This document shows positions 13,448-24,386 of a DNA stretch of 64,000 bases, in pieces. The stretch's first letter is position 1; each line of letters starts with the position of its first letter. Source of the DNA: Cyanophora paradoxa CCMP329 (lineage: Eukaryota; Plantae; Glaucophyta). The stretch lies in the NCBI GenBank assembly GCA_004431415.1, contig QPMI01000221.1, positions 1 through 64,000 on the forward strand, given 5' to 3'. The notes beneath the pieces were generated by a model. That model saw only the letters and a program-made list of their open reading frames with translations. It made no database searches and was not told the origin of the DNA. The position numbers were made by a program, and so were the translations under genes.

Positions 13448-13730
13448 ATTAGAGCTTGGAAGTGAGTGGGCATTGCAATTGCAATGGATATCCTGCGCAT
13501 GCAAACGCGAGTCGCGATCGGATTCAAGCACCGTGTCCGTATACGTATTTGCACCCCTCATGATCAGAACGCGTCTCGAACTCCGGATCGGGGTCTTTGA
13601 GCTTGTGCTTGCAATTGCACGTGGGTCCCTTTTGGGATGTGCCATATATGCATCCCACCCATGGCAAGGCCCCCGATTTGAAACGCGGGATCGACCGGAG
13701 CTCGCGATCGGAACGAATTCGGTGGACGTC

Positions 13731-15385
13731 GACGTAAATGGGAAACAGCGCACTACGGTACCCTCAGGTTCAGTTGCAGGCGGTCTTCTGCTTGGCTTAT
13801 ACAATTAATCATGAATAAATCTAAGGAGGGAAAGGGGGAGAGGTGGGGGTGGGGGCGCTTCAAAATTTCGGGGACACCAGAAATCTAGATCTAGAGCGGC
13901 CGTGGTCTTATATAATTAAGGAGGACTGGACGTCAATGGGAAACGGCGTATCCCCAGGTGCCGAGCTGAGCTTGGCCAGATGGAGAGACGAGGTGGGGGG
14001 TCCTTGAGCGAAGCCTGGACGTAAATGGGAAACGCAGTACCCCCCAAGGGGGCGAGCTGAGCTTGGCCAGAGGAAGAGACGGAGGAGGGGGCCGGGGGCC
14101 TTGAGCGAAGCCTGGACGTAAATGGGAAACGCAGTACCCCCCAGGGGGGCGAGCTGAGCTTGGCCAGAGGAAGAGACGGAGGAAGGGGGACCTTGAGCGA
14201 AGCCTGGACGTAAATGGGAAACGCAGTACCCCCCAGGGGGGGGGGGGCGAGCTGAGCTTGGCCGGAGGGAGAGAGGAGAGAGAGGGGAGGGGGCCTTGAG
14301 CGAAGCCTGGACGTAAATGGGAAACGCAGTACCCCCGAGGGGGCAAGCTGAGCTTGGCCGGAGGGAGAGACGGAGACAGGGGAGGGGCGGCCTTGAGCGA
14401 AGCTACTTTCTACTTTCTAGCTGAGCTTGGCCGGAGGGAGAGAGGAGAGAGAGGGAAGGGGGCCTTGAGCGAAGCCTGGACGTAAATGGGAAACGCAGTA
14501 CCCCCTTCCCCTCCCATCCACCCTCCATGAGCCAATCCGAGCACATGATCATGATCATCAACGATTATCGCAATAATAATCAATCAAGCAGTAGGAATAT
14601 TATGAGATCGCAGCGTCAGTTTATATCTGCGGTCGATTCTAGATCGGATCCCGTCCCCCGCGCGAGCCTTCTCTCTCTAGATTCAGATGTAGATCTCAAT
14701 CTAAATGGCATCGATGCCATGATAATCATATATATGCAGCTGCAGGCGGCAAGGAGAGCTGGGGGTACAGCGTTTCCCATTATCGTCCAGGGCTCCCCTA
14801 TGGCCGGGGTGTCCCGCAGAGAGGAGAGCGGGGGGTACAGCGTTTCCCATTATCGTCCAGGGCTCCCCTATGGCCGGGGTGTCCCGCAGAGAGGAGGGCC
14901 CCGGGGTACAGCGTTTCCCATTATCGTCCAGGGCTCCCCTATGGCCGGGGTGTCCCGCAGAGAGGAGAGCGGGGGGGACAGCATTTCCCATTTACGTCCA
15001 GGGCTCCCCTATGGCCGGGGTGTCCCGCAGAGAGGAGAGCGGGGGGTACAGCGTTTCCCATTATCGTCCAGGGCTCCCCTATGGCCGGGGTGTCCCGCAG
15101 AGAGGAGAGCGGGGGGGTACAGCGTTTCCCATTATCGTCCAGGGCTCCCCTTTGGCCGGGGCCCCCGCAGAAAGGAGAGCTGGGGGTACAGCGTTTCCCA
15201 TTTACGTCCAGGGCTCCCCTATGACCGGTGTGCCCCGCAGAGAGGAGATCTGCGGGGGACAGCGTTTCCCATTATCGTCCAGGGCCCTCGTACACATGCA
15301 CATTGCCGGCCCGGGGTCCCCGCAGATCTAGAGAGGAGATCTTTGGGGTCAGGGGTTACAGCGTTTCCCATTTACGTCCAGGGCT
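13731..15385. repeat. Foldback-like element copy 1: left arm of tandem units with GGACGTAAATGGGAAACGC, spacer, right arm of ~70-bp units with the inverted motif
   Basis: About 7 direct motif copies in 13731-14500 and about 9 inverted copies (GCGTTTCCCATT(TA/AT)CGTCC) in 14770-15380. Confidence 0.8.
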
Positions 15386-15780
15386 CCTCTTTCGAAGCGT
15401 GCGCGTGATCATGAGACTCTGAGATCGCGGCCATCTTTGGGACTCGGAGCTGTAGACCTCGCCAATCGCGAGTCGCGTTGTGCGCGGGCCGCGGCCGGCC
15501 GCGCGCGGGTCCAAAGTCAACTGTGCTGCATTCAATCATAATTTGCATTTACGTATATATACATTTGCGGCCGTGCGGGCCTTGCCAGCACTCTAGATCT
15601 AGATCTAGATATAGATTTATCATCGTATGGCGTATGCGGGCCGGGGGCGCGGCGAGCCGGAGCGCGTGCAGCCAGCAGGGCTTGCGGCGCGCGTCGGCGA
15701 GCTCCGGCCGTGGGCCCGGGGCCGGGGCCCGGGGCTGGCCATGGGCGCGAGGCATGTGCGAGGCGTGAGAGCGGGTGCAG

Positions 15781-16765
15781 CTGCAGGCGGTCTTCTGCTT
15801 GGCTTGATCATGAATAAATCTAGAGGTGGGGGGCGGGGGGAGGGGGAGGGGGGGCGGGGGGGGGGGGGGGGGGGGCAGAGGTAGGGGCGGGGGGGCGCTT
15901 TCAAATTTTCGGGAGCACCAGAAATCTAGATCTAGAGCGGCCTTGAGGGAGGCCTGGACGTAAATGGGAAATAGCGTACCCTCAGATGCAGCTGAAGGCG
16001 GGAAGAAGTTTCGATCTGCTTGGCTTGAATAAATCCTAGAGGGGGGGAGAGGGCAGAGGTAGGGGCGGGGGGGCGCTTTCAAATTTTCGGGAGCTCCAGA
16101 AATCAAGATCTAGAGCGGCCGCGGCCTTGAGGGAGGCCTGGACGTAAATGGGAAACGCTGTAACCCCTGGCACACGAACTGAGTCTAGCCAGGGAGAAGC
16201 GGGGGGGGGGGAAGGGGGGGAGAGGGGGGCTTTCTTACAATCACCCATATGCACGGCAGCCCGGCGGCCCCCCCTCTCCCCCCCCCCTCGCCCTCACCCT
16301 CCATGAGCCAATCCGAGCACACTGACATGATCATGATCATCAACGATTATCGCAATAGTAATGATCAAGCACTAGGAATATTAAAATGAGATCTAAGCGT
16401 CGACGTCGGTCTAGATCTAGATCTAGATCTAAATCTGCGGCTGTCAAGACGACACTAGCTATATAGATCAGATCCCGTCCCCCGCACGCGCCTTCTAGAT
16501 CTCACTCTAGATTTAGATGTCGCTCTCAATCTAAATGGCATCGATGCCATGATCATCATATGCAGCTGCAGGCTGCAAGGAGAGCTGGCCGTGGGATACA
16601 GCGTTTCCCATTTACGTCCAGGGCTCCCCTATGGCCGGGGTGTCCCGCAGAGAGGAGAGCGGGGTATAGCGTTTCCCATTATCGTCCAGGGCTCCCCTAT
16701 GGCCGGGGTCCCTCGCAGAGAGGATGGCTGTGGGGGTACAGCGTTTTCCATTTACGTCCAAGGCT
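15781..16765. repeat. Foldback-like element copy 2 (shorter arms, same spacer)
   Basis: Start matches 13776 onward (GCAGGCGGTCTTCTGCTTGGCTT). Spacer 16296-16580 matches 14519-14760. Two direct and three inverted motif copies. Confidence 0.75.
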
Positions 16766-18811
16766 CCCCTTTCCCCTCGCTCTCTTCAGCCAACTGCAGG
16801 CCGACCGCATACCTCCCTCTCGCTCTCTCGACAGCTGGATGGGGGGTCGAGGAGGAGGCCCGAAAAGTCGAAAGATCTAGATCTAGCTAGGCGCCGTTCA
16901 ACTCTCGCAGGCGACAATCCCAACACGATCATGTGGTGCGATTACGATCGAGCTGGCAGGGCGCCCACATCGATCGAGCTAGCCTACTAGGCGCCTCCCA
17001 GCCACCGGCCCGGGGGCGGGACAGAAAGAATCCGAGGGGGGCAGATCTAGAGGCGCGCGCACTGCACGGCCGCGAGAGAGAGGAGCTCCGCCACCTCCCC
17101 GCCCGCCCGGGTGCAGAGCTGGACCGCCGTGCGTGTCCCGGTCCGCTGGTGTGCGTCTCCTTTGCCTGCTCCTGCAGCTGAGCGAGGGAGCGACGAGGGG
17201 TCCCCGAGACCGGGGCGCCCGGGCCCGGGCGCGATGGGGGCAGGGCATCGAGAGCTCGAGCGAGCGGTCTCGATCGCGAGAGGGCGCACCGGTACGGCCC
17301 TGCCGAAGAGGCCGCCGTCGGCCCGGACGACGACCGAGGGCTCCGAGCGGGACCGGCCGCGGCGCGCGCGCCTCCGGTCCCGAAACCGTCCCGAGCCGGT
17401 CCAGCTCGGGGCGACGTCGAGCAGGCTGGCATTGGCCACATGCATGGCTGGCGAGACGCGCGCAGTGCGCCTAGCTGTAGCCGTAGGCCAATGGCAAGCT
17501 CAAGGCTAGGCCATGCGCGCGCCCGACGCGCCGCGGCCGCTCGGGCTCCTCGTGCTCGCGATCGAGCCCCCGCCACTCGATTCTTCTCCGTCTGCAGCTG
17601 CAGCTGGATCTGCGCGCCGCGGCGCGCGTTACGTGGCGGCGGGGCCGACGGGGCGCATCGGCGCATGCGCACTAGCACTGCGGCAGCTGCGCATGCAGGC
17701 CCGGGGCAGGAGACGCCCACGTGCGCGTGGGACGAGCTCTGAGATCGACAGCGCGCCCATGGCGATCTCGATTCCACGCGTTCAAGGCCGCACGGCCAGC
17801 GCATCGCCGATCTAGATCTAGATCAAGACGGCTCGAACTCGATGCTGCATGACGGCTTCACTCGCTGCGATGCCGATGCCGATGCCGATGCAATCGAGCC
17901 GATGCATGTGCCGCTCTTCCCCCGCAAGCTCGCTCGACCGCACTGGGGGCGGCCGCCCCGCGCTGTTCTCGCCGGCACGGGGCAAAGGATCCAGACTTGG
18001 AGCGTGCAGTCCGCCAGTGATCGGGCCCTAGATCTCCTTTCCGCACGACTTAAGCGCGGGGCGCGCGGGGCCACGGGGCGGCCTCGAGCGCGAGGTGCGA
18101 CTGTACCCCACTGGCCCGCCCCGCTCTCTTGGATCGGCGGCTCCGACCCACCTCTGCGGTGCGGTACGCTCCTCTCGGATTTGGGCCCCCGTTCCGACCG
18201 GATTCGCAGACCCTGCGCCTTTCCGCAACATTCGATCCGCGAGCTACGAGCACGCGCGATCCACCGTGGCACGCGCGCCATTTGAGAGCCGCGCTGCGAG
18301 CGCGGACGATGGCCTGCCGTCCACCGCAGCCGCCCCCGTGCGCCCCTGCCATCCGATCTGCGACCCGCGGCCATCTCGCACCTTTCTCCCTCGATGGCGT
18401 CGCCCGATCGGCCCTCCACGGTGCACGCCGGCTCTTAGAATGGGTCTGGCCGCCTCTGGAAGACGCAGCGACGCCGGGGCTCGCAGGTCGCCGAGCTGGA
18501 GACGGGAATCTCTTCTTCTTGCATCCTCGGTTCGTACGGCGCTAAGCCTCGCCGACCGCGCTCCCCGGGTCGCGCTCGCGTGCTCACCGACCCCTCAGCG
18601 GTGGCGGGGCGGCGTGGGACGCTTCGTTCTCTTCGGGGCGGGCTGGGCGGGGGGCGGCACCCGCGGGATCGGGCGGACGAGGCCGAGCGGGGGCCGATCC
18701 GTCGGCTCCGGCAGCTGCGGCGCGACCGCCGGCTCCATCCCTTTCTCTTCCCTCTTTCCGGCGCGCCCCCGTGTCCGGCGCGCCGTCCGGCCCGGTTCCT
18801 TTTGGCCGCGG

Positions 18812-21800
18812 TCACGGCCCGCGGTTCTTCCGCGGCCTCCCGCGCGCCCGCGGGGCCCCCGAGCCGCCCCGTACGGCGGCCCCCGCACGCGGCGTCGGAG
18901 GAGCGGGGGGCGAGGACGGCCCGCCCCCCAGGCCCAGCAGGTCGGAGATGCGGGCCGGGGGCGTGCGGATGTCGACGGCGCCATTGCGGGCATCGTACCT
19001 CACCGGCGCGAGGGTGCGCACGCCCGTCCACTCGCGCGCGCTGCCCTCTGAGCTCGGCGTCCAGAGCGCCCCGAACCGGCGGAGGACGGCCCAGCGCGAC
19101 TCGTACTCGCCGCTCGGGAGGCGCACCATCTGCACCAGCCGGGCGAACACGGTCCGGGGCAGCGGGTCCGCCGCGTGCGTCGCCACCGCCGCCGCCACCT
19201 GCCCCGGGGGGTACGGGCTCGCGCTGACCCACCTCAGGTGCCACACGGGCCGCGACGGCGGGTCCGCGGGCTGCGCGGCGGGGAGAGCGGGGCGCTCCGG
19301 GCCCGGAGACGCCGCGGGGGAGGCGGCCCGACGCCCCTTGGTCTCCGCCCCGCGTCCCGTCCCCGACGCCCCGCCCCCGCGGCGGGCCCTCGTGCGGCTC
19401 CCGCTGCCGTTGGGGCAGGTCTGCGCGTGCCTTCGGGCCCCCGCCGCCGTCTGAAAGGTCTGGCGTCGGTGAGACGGTGCGCGTGCGCGCGCGCGCGCTC
19501 GCTCCCCCTCGCTCGCTCGCGGAAGGGTGGGGCGGGGCGGGCTCACCCGTCGGCAGGGCTCGCAGTACCGGCCCTCTCCGATTGCGAGGTCGAGCTCCAT
19601 CTGGTCTCCCGGGTCGAGGCGCCGCCGCTGCCACGGGAACCGCTTCGGCTTTCGCGGCCGCTCCTCTTCCTCCTCTTCCTCTTCCTCCTCTTCCTCTTCC
19701 TCTTCCTCCTCTTGCTCCTCCTCCTCCTCCTCCTCTTCCTCTTCCTCCTCTTCTTTGCCGCCCTCTGTCTCGCTCCGGCTCCCGCTCCGGCTCCCGCTCC
19801 CGCTCCCGCTTCCGCTCCGGCTCTCCGGCTCCCCTCCCTTTCCGGGCGGGGTACCGCCTCCCCGCGGGGGACGGGCGGCGGTGCGCGGCGGGACCGACGT
19901 CGGCGTCGCGCCCGTCGACGTCTCGGGAGCGCGGGGCGAGCTCGGAGGCGGCAGAGGGGCGACCGCAAAGGGTACGGCGGTGCGGACGGGTACGGCGGTG
20001 GGGACGGGTACGGCGGCGGGCGCCTCGCCGGGGCCCGGCCCGCCCGGGTCCGGATCGGCGGGGAGGAGGGCCGGCGGCGAGTCGCGGTCGGCGGCCCCCG
20101 TGGACCGCTCCCGCTCGGCGGCGCGGCGGCGCTCGTGCTCCTCGGCCAGGCGCTGGAGGTACGCGACGGCGGCCGTCGCCGTGCGCTGCCGCGCGCTGGC
20201 GTCGTAGTGCGTCGTCGCCGTCTGCGGCGTGTGCGCCAGGAGGCGCGCCACGCCCTCGGTCACCGCCGCCGCCGCGTCCCCCTCGATCAGGTTCACCGCC
20301 GCCTGGTCCCGCACGTGCGTCGTGATGACCGCCCGCATCGTCTTGGCCGTCACAGGCACCCCGGTGTAGCGCACCATCACCTGCGCGCGCGCGCGCGCGG
20401 GCGCGCGGGGCGCCGGCGTCAGCGTCGGCGTCGGGATTCGAGCCCACGCAGTAGGTTCGCTCCCCCTCTTCCCCCCCTCCCCCCCTCCCCCCTCCTCCCC
20501 CCCCCTCCTTCTCCCCCCCCCCCCCCCCCCCCCCCCCTCTTCTCCCGAGCGCACCTTTCTGACAAAGGCCGCCCAGCCGCTCTCGGAGAGGCAGGTGCCG
20601 AGGCTCGAGGCAAAGAGCCAGCCCTGGTCGGGCCCGCCCGGCGGCAGGAGGAGGGCGCGGAACCGCTCGATGTAGACGTCGAGCGGCCCCTGGAGGCAGT
20701 CGGCGATCGGCACGATCATCGCGCCGTGGGACCTGCGCGGCCCGGCCTCGGCGCGGGCGGGAGGGGGAGGGGCAGGGGGGTACGAGGGCGCGGGGGCGCG
20801 CACTTGGCCGTCTTCGAGACGAGCTCGCCGGTCTCCCCGTGGCGCATCTCGAGGAGGCTCAGGTGCCACCGCCCGCCGTCGCGGCGCAGCGTGTGACCGA
20901 TGCGCAGGCGCCGCACGACGCCGACGCGGGCCGGCGTCACCGAGATGAACCCGATGAGCACGGCCTCGCGCAGCAGCCGGGCCTTGTCCAGCTCGAGCGG
21001 CGCCCGCTCGTACGCCGCGAGCGCCTCGACCCGCGCGGACAGCACCGCGTCGAACGAGACCCAGTTCGGTCCGCGCGGCCGCCACCCCCGCTGCTGCTTC
21101 TTCTCCTTTTCGAGCTGCGTCTTCAGGTTCCGGAGGGGGCGCGCGTGGGGACCCTCGGAGGACCCTCCGCCCGGCCCGCCCGACGTACCCCCTCCGCCGC
21201 CGCCGCCGCCGCCGCCGCCAGAGGTGCGGGAGCAGACAAAGGTGTAGGCCTGCATGATGCTCTGCGTGTACCCCGCGAGCGTGCCGGGCGCGAGACGGCG
21301 CTCCTCGCGCAGGTACTGCAGGAAGCGGACGTAGATCTCGACAAAGTCGGCCGCGCCAGCAGGTCCATGGTGAGGGGCCCGACGCGCTCGCGCTCCTTGA
21401 CGTACCCCAGCAGGCGGCCGATCGTCCCCACGTCGTTGACGAGCACCGTGCTGCGCTCCGCCGCGCCCCCTGGCGGTCGGGTTGAGGCCGAGGTGCGCCA
21501 CGCCTGAAACGCCGCCAGCTGGTTCTTCAGCTCCCGTGACATCTCCGCCTCGCGCAGGGCGTACGGCGCCAGGCGCTCCGGCTCCGGCTCGCCCCCCCCG
21601 TCGGCCGCCTCTTCCTCCTCCTCCTCCCCCTCCCCCTCCTCCTTGCCCTCTCCTCCCTCGGGGGCTTCGAGGGGCCCTGCGTCCTCGCCCTCTTCGGCCT
21701 CGGCGGACGATCCCGAGGAGCGGGAAGAGGACGAGGAGAGCGAGGGCGGGGCGGGGGCGAGGGCAAGGGCCCGGCGGCGCGGCGGCGGGGCGGAGGAGGA

Positions 21801-23549
21801 GGAGGAGGGGGAGGGCCGGGCCGGCGGAGGGCCCCCTACCCCCGCCGACGGGCGGCTCGGGGGGTACCGAGGGGGCGGCGGGGGAGGACGACGCGCTCGG
21901 CGTCGGGCAGCGAGTCCTCGTCAAAGAGGACGACCTCCTTGTCCACCATCCCGCTCTCCAGGAGCGTCCGGTACGCCTCGCGCTTCTCCGCGATGAAGCG
22001 CCCGTTCTCCTCCGAGATCGCCGCCGACACCGCCTCGCCCTTCGCACGTAGGCCAGGCTCCCCGCGGAGATCTCGTCGCCCAGGGAACCCCGTCATCACC
22101 TCCGTCGTGAGCGCCTCGGCGAACCAGAGCGTCCACGGCCCGCACTGGTACCCGTCCCGACCTGCAGGCGCCCGCGCGTCTCCGTGACGAAGCGGTAGCG
22201 GGGAAAGGCGGCCTTGCAGGCGCGCTCGAGCCTGGGGTCGGGCGGGCCGCCGAGCGAGTCCCAGAAGCGCGTCTGCTTCGACGCCCCGTCCACCGCGAGG
22301 AGGGTCCAGTGGCCCCCGCTCGATCCCCCTGGGTGCGCTCCCCGCCGCGCCTCAGGTTGCCCACGCTGACGGGGCAGAGGACGCAGGTCCCGCGCTCGGC
22401 GGCGCCCAGGGCCCTGCGCGCCCGCCGCGCCTCGTCGGCGCGCGCGTACCGGAGCAGCAGCGACGTCACGATCTCGACGTGCATGGGGTAGAGGGCCTTG
22501 ATCCGTCCCCCGGCGCCGGCGCGGAGCAGCAGCAGCGTGAGGACGTTGGCGATCTCGGCGTCGCGGAGCCAGCTCTTGCGGCCGAAGATCGAGATGCGGC
22601 GGGCCAGCGGGAGGGGCCGGGAGGGCCCGCAGCGGCCACGGCGGCCGGGTCCGCCCCTCGAGCACGAGGCGGGCCCTCTGGAACTCGGCGGCCAGCCCCT
22701 CTCTCCGGTCCGGCAGCGCCCCGAGGAAGCGCTCCGCCCCAGGGCGCTGACAAAGGCCCACCTGCGCGCAGATCCGTGCGTCGCGACGTCGGCCCCGAGG
22801 CCGCCGTAGTGGACGAGGGTGCGGGTGAGGAGGGCGAGCCGCTCGCGCCCCACCGTCCGCGTGCTCGCCTCGAAGCGGTGCGGCCCGCCCACCGCGAGGT
22901 CCGGGTGCCGCCTCATGATCTCCATCCGGACGCAGTTCGTGGAGCGCGAGTCCCCGTAGGCCGCCTGGGCGAGGCTCGCCAGCGGGATCCACCACTCGAG
23001 CTCCGGCACCTGCGTACCCCCCCCCCCGGCCCCCACCGTTGCCGGCGGCGATGGGAAGGGGGGTACAGGGGTACGCACCTCGATCCGCCGCGCGCGCACG
23101 GCCAGGAACCGATCCCCCGCGGCGCGCAGGACCTGCATCTCGAGGCGCTCGAGACGGGCCTGCCTCCGGCGCTCCAGCGCGGCGTAGAGCTCGGCCGCCC
23201 CGCGGTGCATGCGCCCGTCCTGCGAGCGCTCCCACGTGTTGCTCACGATCGGCTCGACGTAGCGCAGGGGCAGGACCCGCGGCGGCCGCTCCTGCGCGTC
23301 GTGCACGTTGCGCGCGATGGCGCCCAGCGTCTCCAGGAGGAGGATGGCGTTTTCGTCGGGCAGCGGGCGCGTCGGGACCCGGTGCGCCTCGGTGAGCGCC
23401 TCGTCGCCGCTCGCGATGCCCAGCAGACGCCTGAGCTCGGCCGTGCAGACGCAGGGGCCGGCGTCCGTCCGCAGGACCACGAGGCGGGCCGGCCCGTACG
23501 GGCCCTCGAACTCGGCCAGCTCGTACGTGTCCGTGACCGCGGAGAACAT
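18812..23549 (-). CDS. Multidomain tyrosine recombinase with N-terminal Ulp1/C48-type cysteine protease and C-terminal C2HC zinc finger (Crypton-like transposase candidate); spliced, several homopolymer frameshifts
   Basis: Protease: SWLRDAEI...GHWTLLAVD (His 22309-11)...RFWDSLG...LQVG(D)GYQCGPW (Cys 22142-44). Recombinase: FLQYLREERRLAPGTLAGY, TPARVGVVRRL, SKTAK, AKTMR, LLAHTPQTATTHY (Tyr 20204-06). GT-AG introns at 20733-20803, 20381-20554 and 19460-19546; the last splits YCEPCRR|TFQTAAGARRHAQTC. Confidence 0.85.
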
Positions 23550-24264
23550 TCTCTGCTCCCCGCGGCCGCCCCTCTCCGAGGTCGGGCGCGCGGGGGCTTT
23601 TAGTCGCGGCGCCCCGGCCCCTCTCGGGCCTTTGTCGGCCCCTTAGTTGCAGTACCCTGAGGCCTTTGCCGGCCCGCTTCATTGCAGTACCCCTGCCTGC
23701 CTCGCGACCTCGCATTCATTGCAGTACCCCTGCCCGCCTCGCTTCCCCCACCTCTTTTCCCGCCCCTCGGGCCGCTTCGAGGCCTCGCTCCGCGCGCCTT
23801 GCGCGGCGCGAGCGCCGGCGCCGAGCGCGCTATCAGCGTAGAACGGCGTGCAGAGCACGCACGGCGCCTTTCCGCGCCGTTTGCGCGCGTCTGGAGCGCC
23901 CCTGGGGGGAGGGGGGCCCCCCCGGGGTCGCGATCGAGGGCCGAAAGAGGGGCCGCATATACCGCACTAAAATTAGCATCAATTAGAGGGGGTCCCCTGC
24001 ATCCCTTCGACGGCCTTTGTGCGGATCCGAAAATTCATTTGACCCCTTTTTCGGGGGGGGTGGGACTGGTATGGCATGCGCGGGCGCGGCGAAGACGCCT
24101 GCGGGGCGGGCGTGGCGCCGCGGGGCTGAGCACGGCGTGCGCGCGGCAGTGCGCATGCGCAGCGGACGGAATTCGCGCGCTGCATGCATGGCCGGGCGCG
24201 CGGAAGTTCCTTTTTTTTCCTATTCTTCCCCCCTGCGCTTCTCCCCCCTGTTCATTCCCCCCCT

Positions 24265-24288
24265 AAGTTAGCCACCGGTGGCTAACTT
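24265..24288. other. Perfect 24-bp palindrome AAGTTAGCCACCGGTGGCTAACTT upstream of the recombinase gene
   Basis: Sequence equals its own reverse complement. Confidence 0.9.
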
Positions 24289-24386
24289 GCGATCGAAGGG
24301 TACAGAGTTCGGCCTCGTGAAATTGATCTCATACAAAACCAACGATGTCGTAGAACCCTAGACTATAGCTGCATGCGCATGCGGAA

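Noticed and set aside
13731-15385. CRISPR-like array (regularly spaced conserved motif)
   Set aside because: Spacers are near-identical to each other, the motif occurs in both orientations, the context is eukaryotic and there are no cas genes.
18812-23549. DIRS/Ngaro retroelement or bacterial/phage integrase contaminant
   Set aside because: No RT/RNaseH or split repeats seen; spliceosomal introns interrupt the recombinase.
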